This document shows positions 1 to 8,657 of a stretch of 64,000 nucleotides of DNA, piece by piece. Under the pieces are notes generated by a model. The model ran no database searches. It was not told where the DNA came from and saw only the letters and a list, made by a program, of their open reading frames with translations. Numbering within the stretch: the first letter of the stretch is position 1; each line of letters begins with the position of its first letter. Source of the stretch: Bryobacterales bacterium (GTDB lineage: Bacteria; Acidobacteriota; Terriglobia; Bryobacterales; UBA6623). The stretch spans positions 5,237,271-5,301,270 of the forward strand of contig OZ250179.1 of NCBI GenBank assembly GCA_965238125.1. The letters are read 5' to 3'. Made by a program: the position numbers and the translations under genes.

Positions 1-692
1 AGCCAGTGACGCCCCCAGCGCTCTCCGTAGCGAGGTGATTCGAGAAGCCGGTCGACCAGCTTTTCGTCGGCTTTCGGGGATTCATCGTTGACGAAGGCCC
101 TCACCTCGTCCGGGGTTGGCGGAACGCCGTGGAGGTCGAAATAGAGGCGCCGAGCCAGGGTTGTCTTGTCGGCCTGAGCGGCAGGCGTCAGGCCCTTCTC
201 CTCGATCCGCGCCAGGATAAAAGAGTCGATGGCGTTTCGCACCCACGCCTCGTTGTTCACCGCGGGCGGTTCCGGCTGTTTGGGCGTCTCAAAAGCCCAC
301 CAGTCCGACTCGGAAGCGACCTGGACGGTGTCGTCCCAGCGGGCCCCCTCGTTGATCCAGGTGCCGAGCAGTTCTCGGTCGCTCTCGGAAAGCGGGTCCT
401 TGCCCATCGGCATCTTTAAGTCGCCCGCGTGAAGGACGGCTTGATACAGCAAACTCTCTTTGGCGTTGCCGGGGACGACGGAGGGGCCGCGCTTGCCGCC
501 CTTCAACAGCGCGTCGCGAGAGCGCAAATCGAGCCCCGACATTTGCACGTCGCCGTGGCAAGACAGACAATTCTTCTCGAGAATTTTTTGCGCCGCGGCC
601 TCGACCGAATCACGTGCTTGGGCGGATAAACGGCCAGCCGAAAAGGCCGTCACAACAAGAATCCAAACCGTGGCGAGCGAACCGAGCCGCAT
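1..692 (-). CDS. PSCyt1 + DUF1549-type protein, N-terminal part (gene runs off the left edge)
   Basis: Own translation of the minus strand from ATG at 692-690; absent from the ORF track because no stop lies in the window. MRLGSLATVWILVVTAFSAGRLSAQA (signal peptide), EKNCLSCHGD (CxxCH), YFDLHGVPPTPDEVRAFV...LLESPRYGERWGRHW (DUF1549 signature). Lies 37 nt downstream of the DUF1501 gene on the same strand. Confidence 0.85.
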   Translation of the reverse strand, partial: MRLGSLATVWILVVTAFSAGRLSAQARDSVEAAAQKILEKNCLSCHGDVQMSGLDLRSRDALLKGGKRGPSVVPGNAKESLLYQAVLHAGDLKMPMGKDPLSESDRELLGTWINEGARWDDTVQVASESDWWAFETPKQPEPPAVNNEAWVRNAIDSFILARIEEKGLTPAAQADKTTLARRLYFDLHGVPPTPDEVRAFVNDESPKADEKLVDRLLESPRYGERWGRHW

Positions 693-729
693 CAAACTTC
701 CTCCCCGCACGGACAAAACCACACGTCGG

Positions 730-2232
730 CTATCCATTCACCAGCCGTAACGCCAGATTGTTTTCCCCGCCGATGTCGGTCAGGCGGAAGTCGCGCCCTT
801 GGAAGTGGTAGGTGAGTTGTTCATGGTCGAGGCCCAGCAGGGTGAGAATCGTCGCGTGCAAATCATGGACGTGGACCTTGTCCTCGACGGCCTGCAAACC
901 GATCTCGTCGGTGGCGCCGATGATCTTGCCGCCTTGGATGCCTCCGCCTGCCATCCATACGCTGAAACCGTAGGGGTTGTGGTCGCGGCCGGCGCTGTTA
1001 GGGGCCCCACCTTCCCCGCCGTCCGTGAAGGGCGTGCGGCCGAAGTCGCCGCCCCAGATGATCAACGTTTCATCGAACAGGCCGCGGCCCTTGAGGTCGC
1101 TAAGCAGCCCGGCGATGGGCTTGTCGACTTGCGCCGCCAGCGTCGTGTGGTTGTGGTCCAACTGGTTGTGGCCGTCCCAACCGGGGCTCCCTCCCTGCTT
1201 GCCGCAGCCCGAGTAGACTTGGATAAACCGCACCCCCCGCTCGACCATACGCCTGGCCAGCAAGCACTCCTTGCCGAATTCCTCGGTAACGGGGTTGTCG
1301 AGGCCGTACAGCTTCTTTGTCGCCTCGCTTTCATTAGAAACATCGGCCAAATCGGGAACCGATGTCTGCATCTTGAAGGCCAGTTCATACGACGACATGC
1401 GAGCCGAGAGCTGCGAGTCCTCTTGTCGCGACTCCAAATGTTGCCGGTTGAACCAGTTCAGTTTGTCGAGCATGCTCCGTTGCTCAGCGGCGCTGAACTG
1501 GGTCGGCCGATTGACGTTGAGAATCGGCGGCCCATAGCTTCTCAAGACCGTGCCCTGATACATCGCCGGCAAGAAGCCCGAGCCATATGCGGGCGACCCG
1601 GATTTGATGCCGCCGTCGAGCATGACCATGTAGGCCGGCAGGTTTTCGCTTTCGCTGCCCAGCCCGTAGACCACCCAGGCGCCGAGGCTCGGTCGCCCGA
1701 CCTGCGGCCAGCCGGTGTTCAACCAGTTTTGGCCGGTGATGTGGGTAAACCCGTCGTGATGGCACGAACGAACGACAGCCATGTCGTCGGCGTGTTGCGC
1801 CGTGTGCTCGAACAGGTCGGAAATCTCTATGCCCGACTGCCCCCGCTTTTTGAATGTACGCCGCGTGCCGAGCAAGGGCTGCTTTTCCGTCTTCGAGAAC
1901 TGGAAGTCAAGCTTGGCGAAGCTCGGCGGGACGAATTGGCCGTCCAGTTCATTGAGCAGCGGCTTCGGATCGAACGTATCGAGATGACTCGGCCCGCCGT
2001 GCATGAACAGGAAAATGACGTTTTTGGCCTTGGCGGGAAAATCTTGCGGCTTGGGAGCAAAAGGATTCGTGGAGTCGGGCCCCGTGGACGCCGCAGAGGC
2101 CGCATCCCGGTTCAACAAATAGCCGGCGGCCAGCGAACCGAAGCCCAGGCCGCTTTTTTCCAGAAAATCCCGTCGGGATGTGACTCTCGTCTCATTGCCA
2201 CAGAATTGAGGCTGACCACTGAATTTCCGCAT
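730..2232 (-). CDS. DUF1501 domain protein (sulfatase-fold, Tat-type signal)
   Basis: 500-aa ORF with SRRDFLEKSGLGFGSLAAG twin-arginine-like leader and the FLFMHGGPSHLDTFDPKP, GGDFGRTP and RDHNPYGF motifs typical of DUF1501 partners of DUF1549/DUF1553 proteins. Confidence 0.9.
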   Translation of the reverse strand: MRKFSGQPQFCGNETRVTSRRDFLEKSGLGFGSLAAGYLLNRDAASAASTGPDSTNPFAPKPQDFPAKAKNVIFLFMHGGPSHLDTFDPKPLLNELDGQFVPPSFAKLDFQFSKTEKQPLLGTRRTFKKRGQSGIEISDLFEHTAQHADDMAVVRSCHHDGFTHITGQNWLNTGWPQVGRPSLGAWVVYGLGSESENLPAYMVMLDGGIKSGSPAYGSGFLPAMYQGTVLRSYGPPILNVNRPTQFSAAEQRSMLDKLNWFNRQHLESRQEDSQLSARMSSYELAFKMQTSVPDLADVSNESEATKKLYGLDNPVTEEFGKECLLARRMVERGVRFIQVYSGCGKQGGSPGWDGHNQLDHNHTTLAAQVDKPIAGLLSDLKGRGLFDETLIIWGGDFGRTPFTDGGEGGAPNSAGRDHNPYGFSVWMAGGGIQGGKIIGATDEIGLQAVEDKVHVHDLHATILTLLGLDHEQLTYHFQGRDFRLTDIGGENNLALRLVNG

Positions 2233-2740
2233 GCCCTTGAACTCCCGGCGTCCGTTTACTGAACGCGCAAACCGTTACTGCCTAGTATACCCGGGTCCTG
2301 ACCGCGGGAGCGTCTTCCGCGTACTCACGCGTCCCCGTACAGCTTGGGGTACGAATCTTGCTTGGTTCCTCGCCGAGTAGCTGACAGAGGCTTATTCGGC
2401 AAGTGCTCTCGAAGAGACCCGAGGGACTTGTTTCAACTCGCCGTCACTATCGTTTTCAACCAGATTGCCGTAAGTTCACGAATGTGCCGCCCCGCTTTAG
2501 ACCGGGCCGTTCGCGAACGTACGCAGGACCCGTACCTTTCCGCTCAAGTCATACCAACCTGGAACGCCCGCGTGACCTCGTCCCGGCTTGACAGCACCGG
2601 CGTGGAGAAATTGCCACTCAGAAATTTGTTTCCCACCAGCAAACACCCTTCATCGACCGGTGAGCAGGCGGTTAGAATGTGGGATGGCTCGGTCGAATAT
2701 GGGCCCTGCAGTGCTACCATCGCATTACCGCCGGGAAGGT

Positions 2741-3128
2741 GTTATCAACAGTAATCCCGCAGCGGTACAATGTCCCCATCTTGATCGGCCAAACTATCTC
2801 GCACTACAAGATCACCGAAAGGCTCGGTGAAAGGGCGGGGAGAGAGTTCTTCGTGTTGTGGGCAATGTGGATCAGAATCTTGTTCCGCTGCGACTGCTTG
2901 CTCGCGGGACGGGCTCTGAACCGGCCGGTCAATCGGAAGACACTCCAATCTCCCAAGGGATCGAAAAACTCGTTACGCGTTACGCCGAGATCGGAGATTT
3001 CAGCGGCGTCGTCTTGTGGCGCGGGGAGACAACGTGATGTTTGCCGGTGCTTTTGGGGAACCAAGTCGCGAGTCGGGCGCGCCGAACTCGATGGAAACGG
3101 CGTCGTAGAGTGCGAGGAGATTCGGGGC
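2741..3128 (+). repeat. Inverted-repeat copy A1: kinase 5' module (TACAAT, 9 nt, [20 protein letters not shown]) joined to the decayed 5' end of a beta-lactamase-family serine hydrolase
   Basis: Reverse complement matches 30488-30870 at roughly 85-90% by eye. TACAAT 2766-2771, TTG 2781. A downstream frame reads MWIRILFR... and IEKLVTRYAEIGDFSGVVLWRGETT.MFAGAFGEPSRE (serine hydrolase N-terminus), broken by frame changes. Confidence 0.75.
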
Positions 3129-3294
3129 GGCTACAACCTTGGCCTGCTGCAGTCGGTTCGGTTAGGAGAGTCCATCGACAGCGAAACCGTTACTGATCTC
3201 GATTGTGGTCCGTCGGGTACCAGGGTAAAATCAAGTGAGACGCGAAGGTCAATCGGACTTCGCCTGGGAGGCACACACGCCTAGAGAGATTGCC

Positions 3295-5874
3295 ATGAGG
3301 TTGCGAGTCCTCCGCGATCACTGCTATCTCGCCCTCGCTCTCCTTTTCGCTTTGGCACACACGGTGCCGGTTCACGCCGAGGAGGACTCTGTCCTTGCGG
3401 AGAAGGCTTGGCGGGTCCTCGAAAAGAATTGCCTAGTGTGTCATGGTGCTCAGGCTGAAAACACCACGGGACTGGACCTGCACAGCCGCGAAGCGATCCT
3501 GAAGGGCGGCAAGAGGGGGCCGGCCGCCGTCGCCGGCAAAGCGGACGAGAGTCACTTGATCAAGGCCGCCTCCCACGAAGACCTGCAGATGCCACCAGGA
3601 AGCAAGCAGCCACTTCCGGCCGAGGATTTGCAGGCACTGAAGGACTGGATCAACGCGGGACTGCCGGCGCTCGCCAGAGCGGACATCAAAACCGTGCAGG
3701 TCCACTGGGCTTTCCAGCCCGTAAAGAAGCTCGATCCACCCTCGTACCCCACCGGCTGGTCTTCAAACGAGATCGATCGCTTCATCCAGGCGAAGCTCGT
3801 AGAAAAAGGCATCGAGCCCGTGGGTGCCGCTGGCAGACGGGCGCTCATCCGGCGTGCCTACTTCGATCTGACCGGGCTGCCGCCCTCGCCTGAGGAGATC
3901 GCCGCCTTTGTCGCCGACGACTCACAGGACGCGTTTGCCACCATCGTCGACAAGCTGCTGGGCTCGCCACGATACGGCGAGCGCTGGGGCCGCCACTGGA
4001 TGGATGTGGTCCACTACTCAGACACCGCCGGCGACAACGCCGACTACCCGATCCCGGAAGTCTATCGATACCGAGACTACATCATTGGCTCATTCAACGC
4101 GGACAAGCCCTACGACGAGTTCGTTCGGGAGCAGTTGGCCGGGGACATTCTGGCCAAGCAGGGCCCCTCATCGAAGTGGGGAGAGCGGGTGGCCGCCACG
4201 GGCTTTCTAGCGCTGTTCCGGCGCTACGGGATCTCGCCGAAAGAGATGTGGTTTCTGACGATGGAGGACGCCATCGATACGGTCGGGCGCGCGTTGATGG
4301 GCTTGACGCTGCGTTGCGCCCGCTGCCATGACCACAAGTTCGACCCCACGACAACACAGGACTACTATGCGCTCTACGGGATCTTCGACAGTACCGAGTA
4401 CTCCTACACGGGCTCGGAGCGGCTTAGGGCCTTCAACCGCCGGAACTTCGTGCCGTTCGAGCCGCCGGAGGTGTCCGGCGCCAGGCTGGCCAACTACTAC
4501 AAAACCATCCTCGATATGAAGGAGGAGGCGGACCTCCTCAAGCAGCGGCTGGACGAAGGGGACAGGGAAGCCCTCGAACAAATCGCCAAGATTGATGCCA
4601 AGTTGGCGAGAGGAGAGCGGCTGGCCTTGCAGGCCGCAGCCGAGGGCTTGAAGGTTGAGAAGGGGCGTTCAGAGGAGATTGTGAAGCTTCTCGCCGAGCG
4701 CGAAGAAATCCTCAACGCGCGAAAGGACAAGGTCGCCTACGACCCCGTGGGCAGCAAGCAGGAAACGGCCGCGGAGCACATCGCCAGAATTGCCGAACTG
4801 CGAAAGCGAGCCAAAGCACTGCAACTTCGCGGGTATCCCGAGAGCCTTCCGATGGTTTATGGGGCCCGGGAAGGAAAGATAGTCAACACCCGCCTCCACA
4901 TTCAGGGAGATCCGTTCAATCAGGGAAAAGTCATCCCGCGCAACGTCCCGGCGTTCCTGACCGGGGGCAAAGGCATCGAGATTCCCGAAGACAGCAGCGG
5001 GCGGCTGGAGCTGGCGAAGTGGCTGACGAGTCCGGATCATCCGCTGACCGCGAGAGTGATGGTAAACCGGATCTGGCACTATCACTTCGGCAGAGGGATC
5101 GTCACGACACCCTCGAACTTCGGGCTGCGCGGGGAGCCGCCGACACACCCTGGGCTGCTGGACTGGCTGGCGAGCCGGTTCGTCGAGAACGGCTGGTCCG
5201 TCAAGGCCATGCACCGGCTGATCATGCTGTCGAACACCTATCAGATCTCGAGCGTTCCCAGCAGCGAGGGGGCCGCGAAAGATCCCAGCAATCGGTACTA
5301 CGGGCGTTTTGACCGGCGCCGCTTGGACGCTGAGCAGATTCGCGATTCGATGTTGTTGCTTGGGCGGAATCTGGACCTCGAAAGGCCAGGGGAGCACCCC
5401 TTCCCTCCGCTCGAGCAATGGGGCTATTCACAACACGTCCCATTCAAAGCGGTGTATGAGTCGAACCACCGCAGCGTCTATCTGATGCAACAGCGGCTGA
5501 TTAAGCATCCCTACTACGCCACTTTCGACGGACCGGACACGAACTCCTCGACAGGGAAACGGGGCGTCTCGACCGTCTCGTTGCAGGCGCTGTTCATGAT
5601 GAATAGCGACTTCGTCCACGAACAAGCGAAGGGGTTCGCGCGGCAGTTGGTCTCCACCGCGGCGGACCCGAAAAGCCGTGTTGAGTTGGCTCAGGAGATG
5701 GCCTGGGGGAGCAAGCCATCGAAGGAGGAAGCCGAGAAGGCGGTCGAGTATGTCCGGAGCGTCGAGGACGAGTCTCAAAGTGCGGGTTCGGTGCCGGCCG
5801 AAGCTGAGTTGGATGCTTGGTCGAGCTATGTCCGCGTATTGTTGACAGCCAATCGGTTTTTCTACATCGACTGA
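3295..5874 (+). CDS. PSCyt1 + DUF1549 + DUF1553 protein
   Basis: ORF 3235-5874; the likely start is ATG 3295 (MRLRVLRDHCYLALALLFALAHTVPVHA signal). EKNCLVCHG (CxxCH), FDLTGLPPSPEEIAAFV...SPRYGERWGRHWMDV (DUF1549), RCHDHKFDP and a DUF1553-like C-terminal region. Confidence 0.9.
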   Translation: MRLRVLRDHCYLALALLFALAHTVPVHAEEDSVLAEKAWRVLEKNCLVCHGAQAENTTGLDLHSREAILKGGKRGPAAVAGKADESHLIKAASHEDLQMPPGSKQPLPAEDLQALKDWINAGLPALARADIKTVQVHWAFQPVKKLDPPSYPTGWSSNEIDRFIQAKLVEKGIEPVGAAGRRALIRRAYFDLTGLPPSPEEIAAFVADDSQDAFATIVDKLLGSPRYGERWGRHWMDVVHYSDTAGDNADYPIPEVYRYRDYIIGSFNADKPYDEFVREQLAGDILAKQGPSSKWGERVAATGFLALFRRYGISPKEMWFLTMEDAIDTVGRALMGLTLRCARCHDHKFDPTTTQDYYALYGIFDSTEYSYTGSERLRAFNRRNFVPFEPPEVSGARLANYYKTILDMKEEADLLKQRLDEGDREALEQIAKIDAKLARGERLALQAAAEGLKVEKGRSEEIVKLLAEREEILNARKDKVAYDPVGSKQETAAEHIARIAELRKRAKALQLRGYPESLPMVYGAREGKIVNTRLHIQGDPFNQGKVIPRNVPAFLTGGKGIEIPEDSSGRLELAKWLTSPDHPLTARVMVNRIWHYHFGRGIVTTPSNFGLRGEPPTHPGLLDWLASRFVENGWSVKAMHRLIMLSNTYQISSVPSSEGAAKDPSNRYYGRFDRRRLDAEQIRDSMLLLGRNLDLERPGEHPFPPLEQWGYSQHVPFKAVYESNHRSVYLMQQRLIKHPYYATFDGPDTNSSTGKRGVSTVSLQALFMMNSDFVHEQAKGFARQLVSTAADPKSRVELAQEMAWGSKPSKEEAEKAVEYVRSVEDESQSAGSVPAEAELDAWSSYVRVLLTANRFFYID

Positions 5875-5888
5875 ACGGGGGCACGCAA

Positions 5889-7310
5889 ATGCAGGATTGC
5901 TGCGATCGGAGAACATTCCTGGGGCACTCGCTAAAAGCCCTCACCGCGGCCTACGGCCTGCGCCCGCTACTCTCGGTCGCCGCATCACTGAACGCTGGCG
6001 GCCCGTTGGCTCCAAAGCCTGGCCATCACCCGGCCAAGGCGAATCGGCTGCTTTGGATCCACTTGACCGGCGGGATGTCGCAGGTCGATACGTTCGATGC
6101 CAAGCCCAAGCTGCGCGAGATGCACGGACAAGAGATGGAGGTGCCGTCGTCCTATCCGCTCAGCAAGGAGATCGTGACCAGGCCGGCGCTGGGTTCGCCG
6201 TGGGAGTTCAAGCGTTGCGGCGAGTCGGGCTTGATGATCAGCGATCTGTTCCCGCTGTTCCGGGAACGCGCGGACGACCTGTGCGTGATTCGCACGATGC
6301 ACACGGACTTGGTCGAGCACTTCCAGGCGACGATGGCTATGAAGACGGGCTCGCCGACGCTGCCGCTGCCCAGCTTAGGGTCGTGGCTCAGCTACGGGCT
6401 GGGCACGGTGGATCAGAATCTGCCGCCCTACGTTGTATTGTGCGCGGTTCCGCCTTACGGGGGCTCGCAGGGGTGGGACAGCAGCTTCTTGCCGCCGTTC
6501 CACCAGGGTACGCGCATCACACCCGGGGACGATCCTGTGCCTCACCTCAAGCCTCAGTCACTGCCCGCGCGGGTAGCGGAGCTCGAAGCGCGGATGCTGC
6601 GCGATGTGAATCAGCTTCACGCCGACCTCCATCCCGAGGATTTGAATCTGCGGGCGCGGATGCGCAGCTTCGACACGGCACGGGGCATGATGCAGGTGGC
6701 GCCTGAGGTCTTCGACATCTCGCGCGAGGACCCCAAGATCCTCGACCTGTACGGGGCCGAGCCGGGCGATAGGAAGTCCCTCGGTTATCAGTGCCTGGTG
6801 GCGCGGCGGTTGCTGGAGAAAGGGGTGCGCGTGGTGGAGATCGTCGAAGACGGCGCGGACGGAAACAAGAACTGGGACGCCCACGTCAACCTCAAGGACC
6901 GCCACGAGACCAGCTCGCGCAAGGCGGACCAGGCCATGGCCGCCGCGTTGACCGACCTGAGACAGCGCGGGCTACTGACCGACACCCTTGTGGCAATCAC
7001 CTCGGAGTTCGGCCGTACCCCGTGGACCAATAGTGGAGGCGAGATCAACGAAGAGTCCGGCCGTCACCACTGGGGCCACGCGTTCACGTCGCTGCTGGCC
7101 GGCGGTGGCGTGAAGGGTGGCATGACCCACGGCGAGACGAACGAGTTTGGCTCGGAGATCGTTGAGAAAGGCGTCCACGTGCACGACTACCACGCCACCA
7201 TCCTGTACCTGATGGGGATCGACCACGAGCGTCTGACGTATCGATATGGTGGGAGGGACTTCCGGCTCACCGACGTGCATGGCAGAGTGCTACGGGACAT
7301 TCTGGCTTGA
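5889..7310 (+). CDS. DUF1501 domain protein
   Basis: ORF 5817-7310; the likely start is ATG 5889 (MQDCCDRRTFLGHSLKALTAA Tat-like), 15 nt after the upstream stop. HLTGGMSQVDTFDAKP and TSEFGRTP motifs. Forms an operon-like pair with 3295-5874. Confidence 0.9.
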   Translation: MQDCCDRRTFLGHSLKALTAAYGLRPLLSVAASLNAGGPLAPKPGHHPAKANRLLWIHLTGGMSQVDTFDAKPKLREMHGQEMEVPSSYPLSKEIVTRPALGSPWEFKRCGESGLMISDLFPLFRERADDLCVIRTMHTDLVEHFQATMAMKTGSPTLPLPSLGSWLSYGLGTVDQNLPPYVVLCAVPPYGGSQGWDSSFLPPFHQGTRITPGDDPVPHLKPQSLPARVAELEARMLRDVNQLHADLHPEDLNLRARMRSFDTARGMMQVAPEVFDISREDPKILDLYGAEPGDRKSLGYQCLVARRLLEKGVRVVEIVEDGADGNKNWDAHVNLKDRHETSSRKADQAMAAALTDLRQRGLLTDTLVAITSEFGRTPWTNSGGEINEESGRHHWGHAFTSLLAGGGVKGGMTHGETNEFGSEIVEKGVHVHDYHATILYLMGIDHERLTYRYGGRDFRLTDVHGRVLRDILA

Positions 7311-7441
7311 CAGTAGGGACTGCAGCCCTGTAGACCCGTAGGGTCGAGGCGAGCAAGGATACGGTCCAATCAAGGAGTTAAGCCGCCCCGCCAGATCCGC
7401 GGCTGTTGCTCCGGCCCCGATCTGGCACAATTGATCTGCGC

Positions 7442-8374
7442 ATGAAGCTCACGCGCCGTACGTTACTGCTCTCCCCTCTCTCCGCCTCGCTGGTGCGAGC
7501 CGAGGATCAGCTCTCGGCCCTCATCATCGACGGCGTGAACAACCATGACTGGCAAGCCGGCACGAGGATGATACGGGGAACGCTGAAGGCGAGCGGGCGT
7601 TTCACCGTGGACGTTTCGACGACGCCACCGCGCGAGGCGCCATCGTCGGCCTGGAATTCGTGGCGGCCGAACTTCTCCGCCTACGACGTCGTGGTGAGCA
7701 ACTTCAACGGTGGCCACCTGGCCGACAGCATCCACTGGCCCAAGCCCGTCGAAGAGGCGCTGATGAGGTACATCCGCGCCGGGGGTGGGTTTGTCAGCTT
7801 CCATGCCGCCAACAATGCGTTTCTCAACTGGCCCGACTACAACGAGATGATCGGTCTGCTGTGGCGGGACATCTCCTTCGGGCCGGGACTGATCCTCGAT
7901 GAGCAGGAACGCGTGGTGGTGGTGCCTGCGGGCGAGGGGCTCCCGCCGGGGCACGGGCCGCGCCACGACTTCGTCATGAGGATGGTCGACCCGCAGCACC
8001 CGATCACCGACGGGTTGCCCAAAGAGTGGATGCATCCGGCTGAGCAGTTGACCCACGGCCAGCACGGCCCGGCGAACCCGAAACACGGCGCACTCGAGAA
8101 TGAGTTGCGCATCCTCACCTGCTCGTTATCGAAGGACTCTCATCGGCGCGAGCCACTTGATTGGGTCCGAAGCTGGGGGAAGGGCCGCATCTACGTCACT
8201 ATGTTAGGCCACACCTGGCTCAACGAGGGCAACCCAAACCTGCACTGCGTCGGGTTCCAGACGTTGTTGGCGCGCGGCACAGAGTGGACCGCCACAGGCA
8301 AGGTGACCATCCCCGCTCCGGCGGATTTTCCCAACGCCGACGCGCCGCTCTTCCGTGACCTGACCAAGCCATGA
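7442..8374 (+). CDS. ThuA domain protein (trehalose-utilisation-like, class I amidotransferase-like fold)
   Basis: ORF 7406-8374; ATG 7442 gives the MKLTRRTLLLSPLSASLVRA signal. LIIDGVNNHDW, YDVVVSNFNGG and GGGFVSFHAANNAF are typical of ThuA. Confidence 0.8.
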   Translation: MKLTRRTLLLSPLSASLVRAEDQLSALIIDGVNNHDWQAGTRMIRGTLKASGRFTVDVSTTPPREAPSSAWNSWRPNFSAYDVVVSNFNGGHLADSIHWPKPVEEALMRYIRAGGGFVSFHAANNAFLNWPDYNEMIGLLWRDISFGPGLILDEQERVVVVPAGEGLPPGHGPRHDFVMRMVDPQHPITDGLPKEWMHPAEQLTHGQHGPANPKHGALENELRILTCSLSKDSHRREPLDWVRSWGKGRIYVTMLGHTWLNEGNPNLHCVGFQTLLARGTEWTATGKVTIPAPADFPNADAPLFRDLTKP

Positions 8375-8406
8375 TCCCCGGCTCCCACCCGATGCGTACG
8401 CGGAGC

Positions 8407-8613
8407 CCCTACATCCGTGGCCGTAGAATAACTTTCGCGGCTCTTTGAGTTTTCCGGTTCAGGGCACCGCCGCAGGATTGCTGTTAATAACAATCGATGT
8501 CACAAACAGACAAATTTTTTCGTCCAGGACGCTGCGTCCGCTCGGTTTCCGGGTCCGTCAAGGGCGGTGAAGACGCTTATCTGCCGGATTGTTCATGCGA
8601 ACCGGATTTCGCG
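8407..8613 (-). repeat. Inverted-repeat copy B1 (junction-module spacer + TGTGACATCGATTGTTATTAA box + 3' extension)
   Basis: Reverse complement is near-identical over about 207 bp to 37715-37921. The box lies at 8484-8504. It sits directly downstream of kinase-TolB gene 1 and abuts the convergent ThuA stop. Confidence 0.85.
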
Positions 8614-8657
8614 ACAGTAATCCTCAGACGAGCGCTATCTAGTTCGTTTCGGGGGAC

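Noticed and set aside
799-2262. Long antisense ORFs opposite real genes. Examples are 799-2262, 4669-5418, 12882-13985, 17110-17985, 32176-33096 / 56581-57501, 43346-44572 and 61552-62580.
   Set aside because: Each lies opposite an ORF with clear family motifs. Their translations are Arg/Ala/Gly/Pro-rich, low-complexity sequence, as expected for shadow ORFs in ~60% GC DNA.
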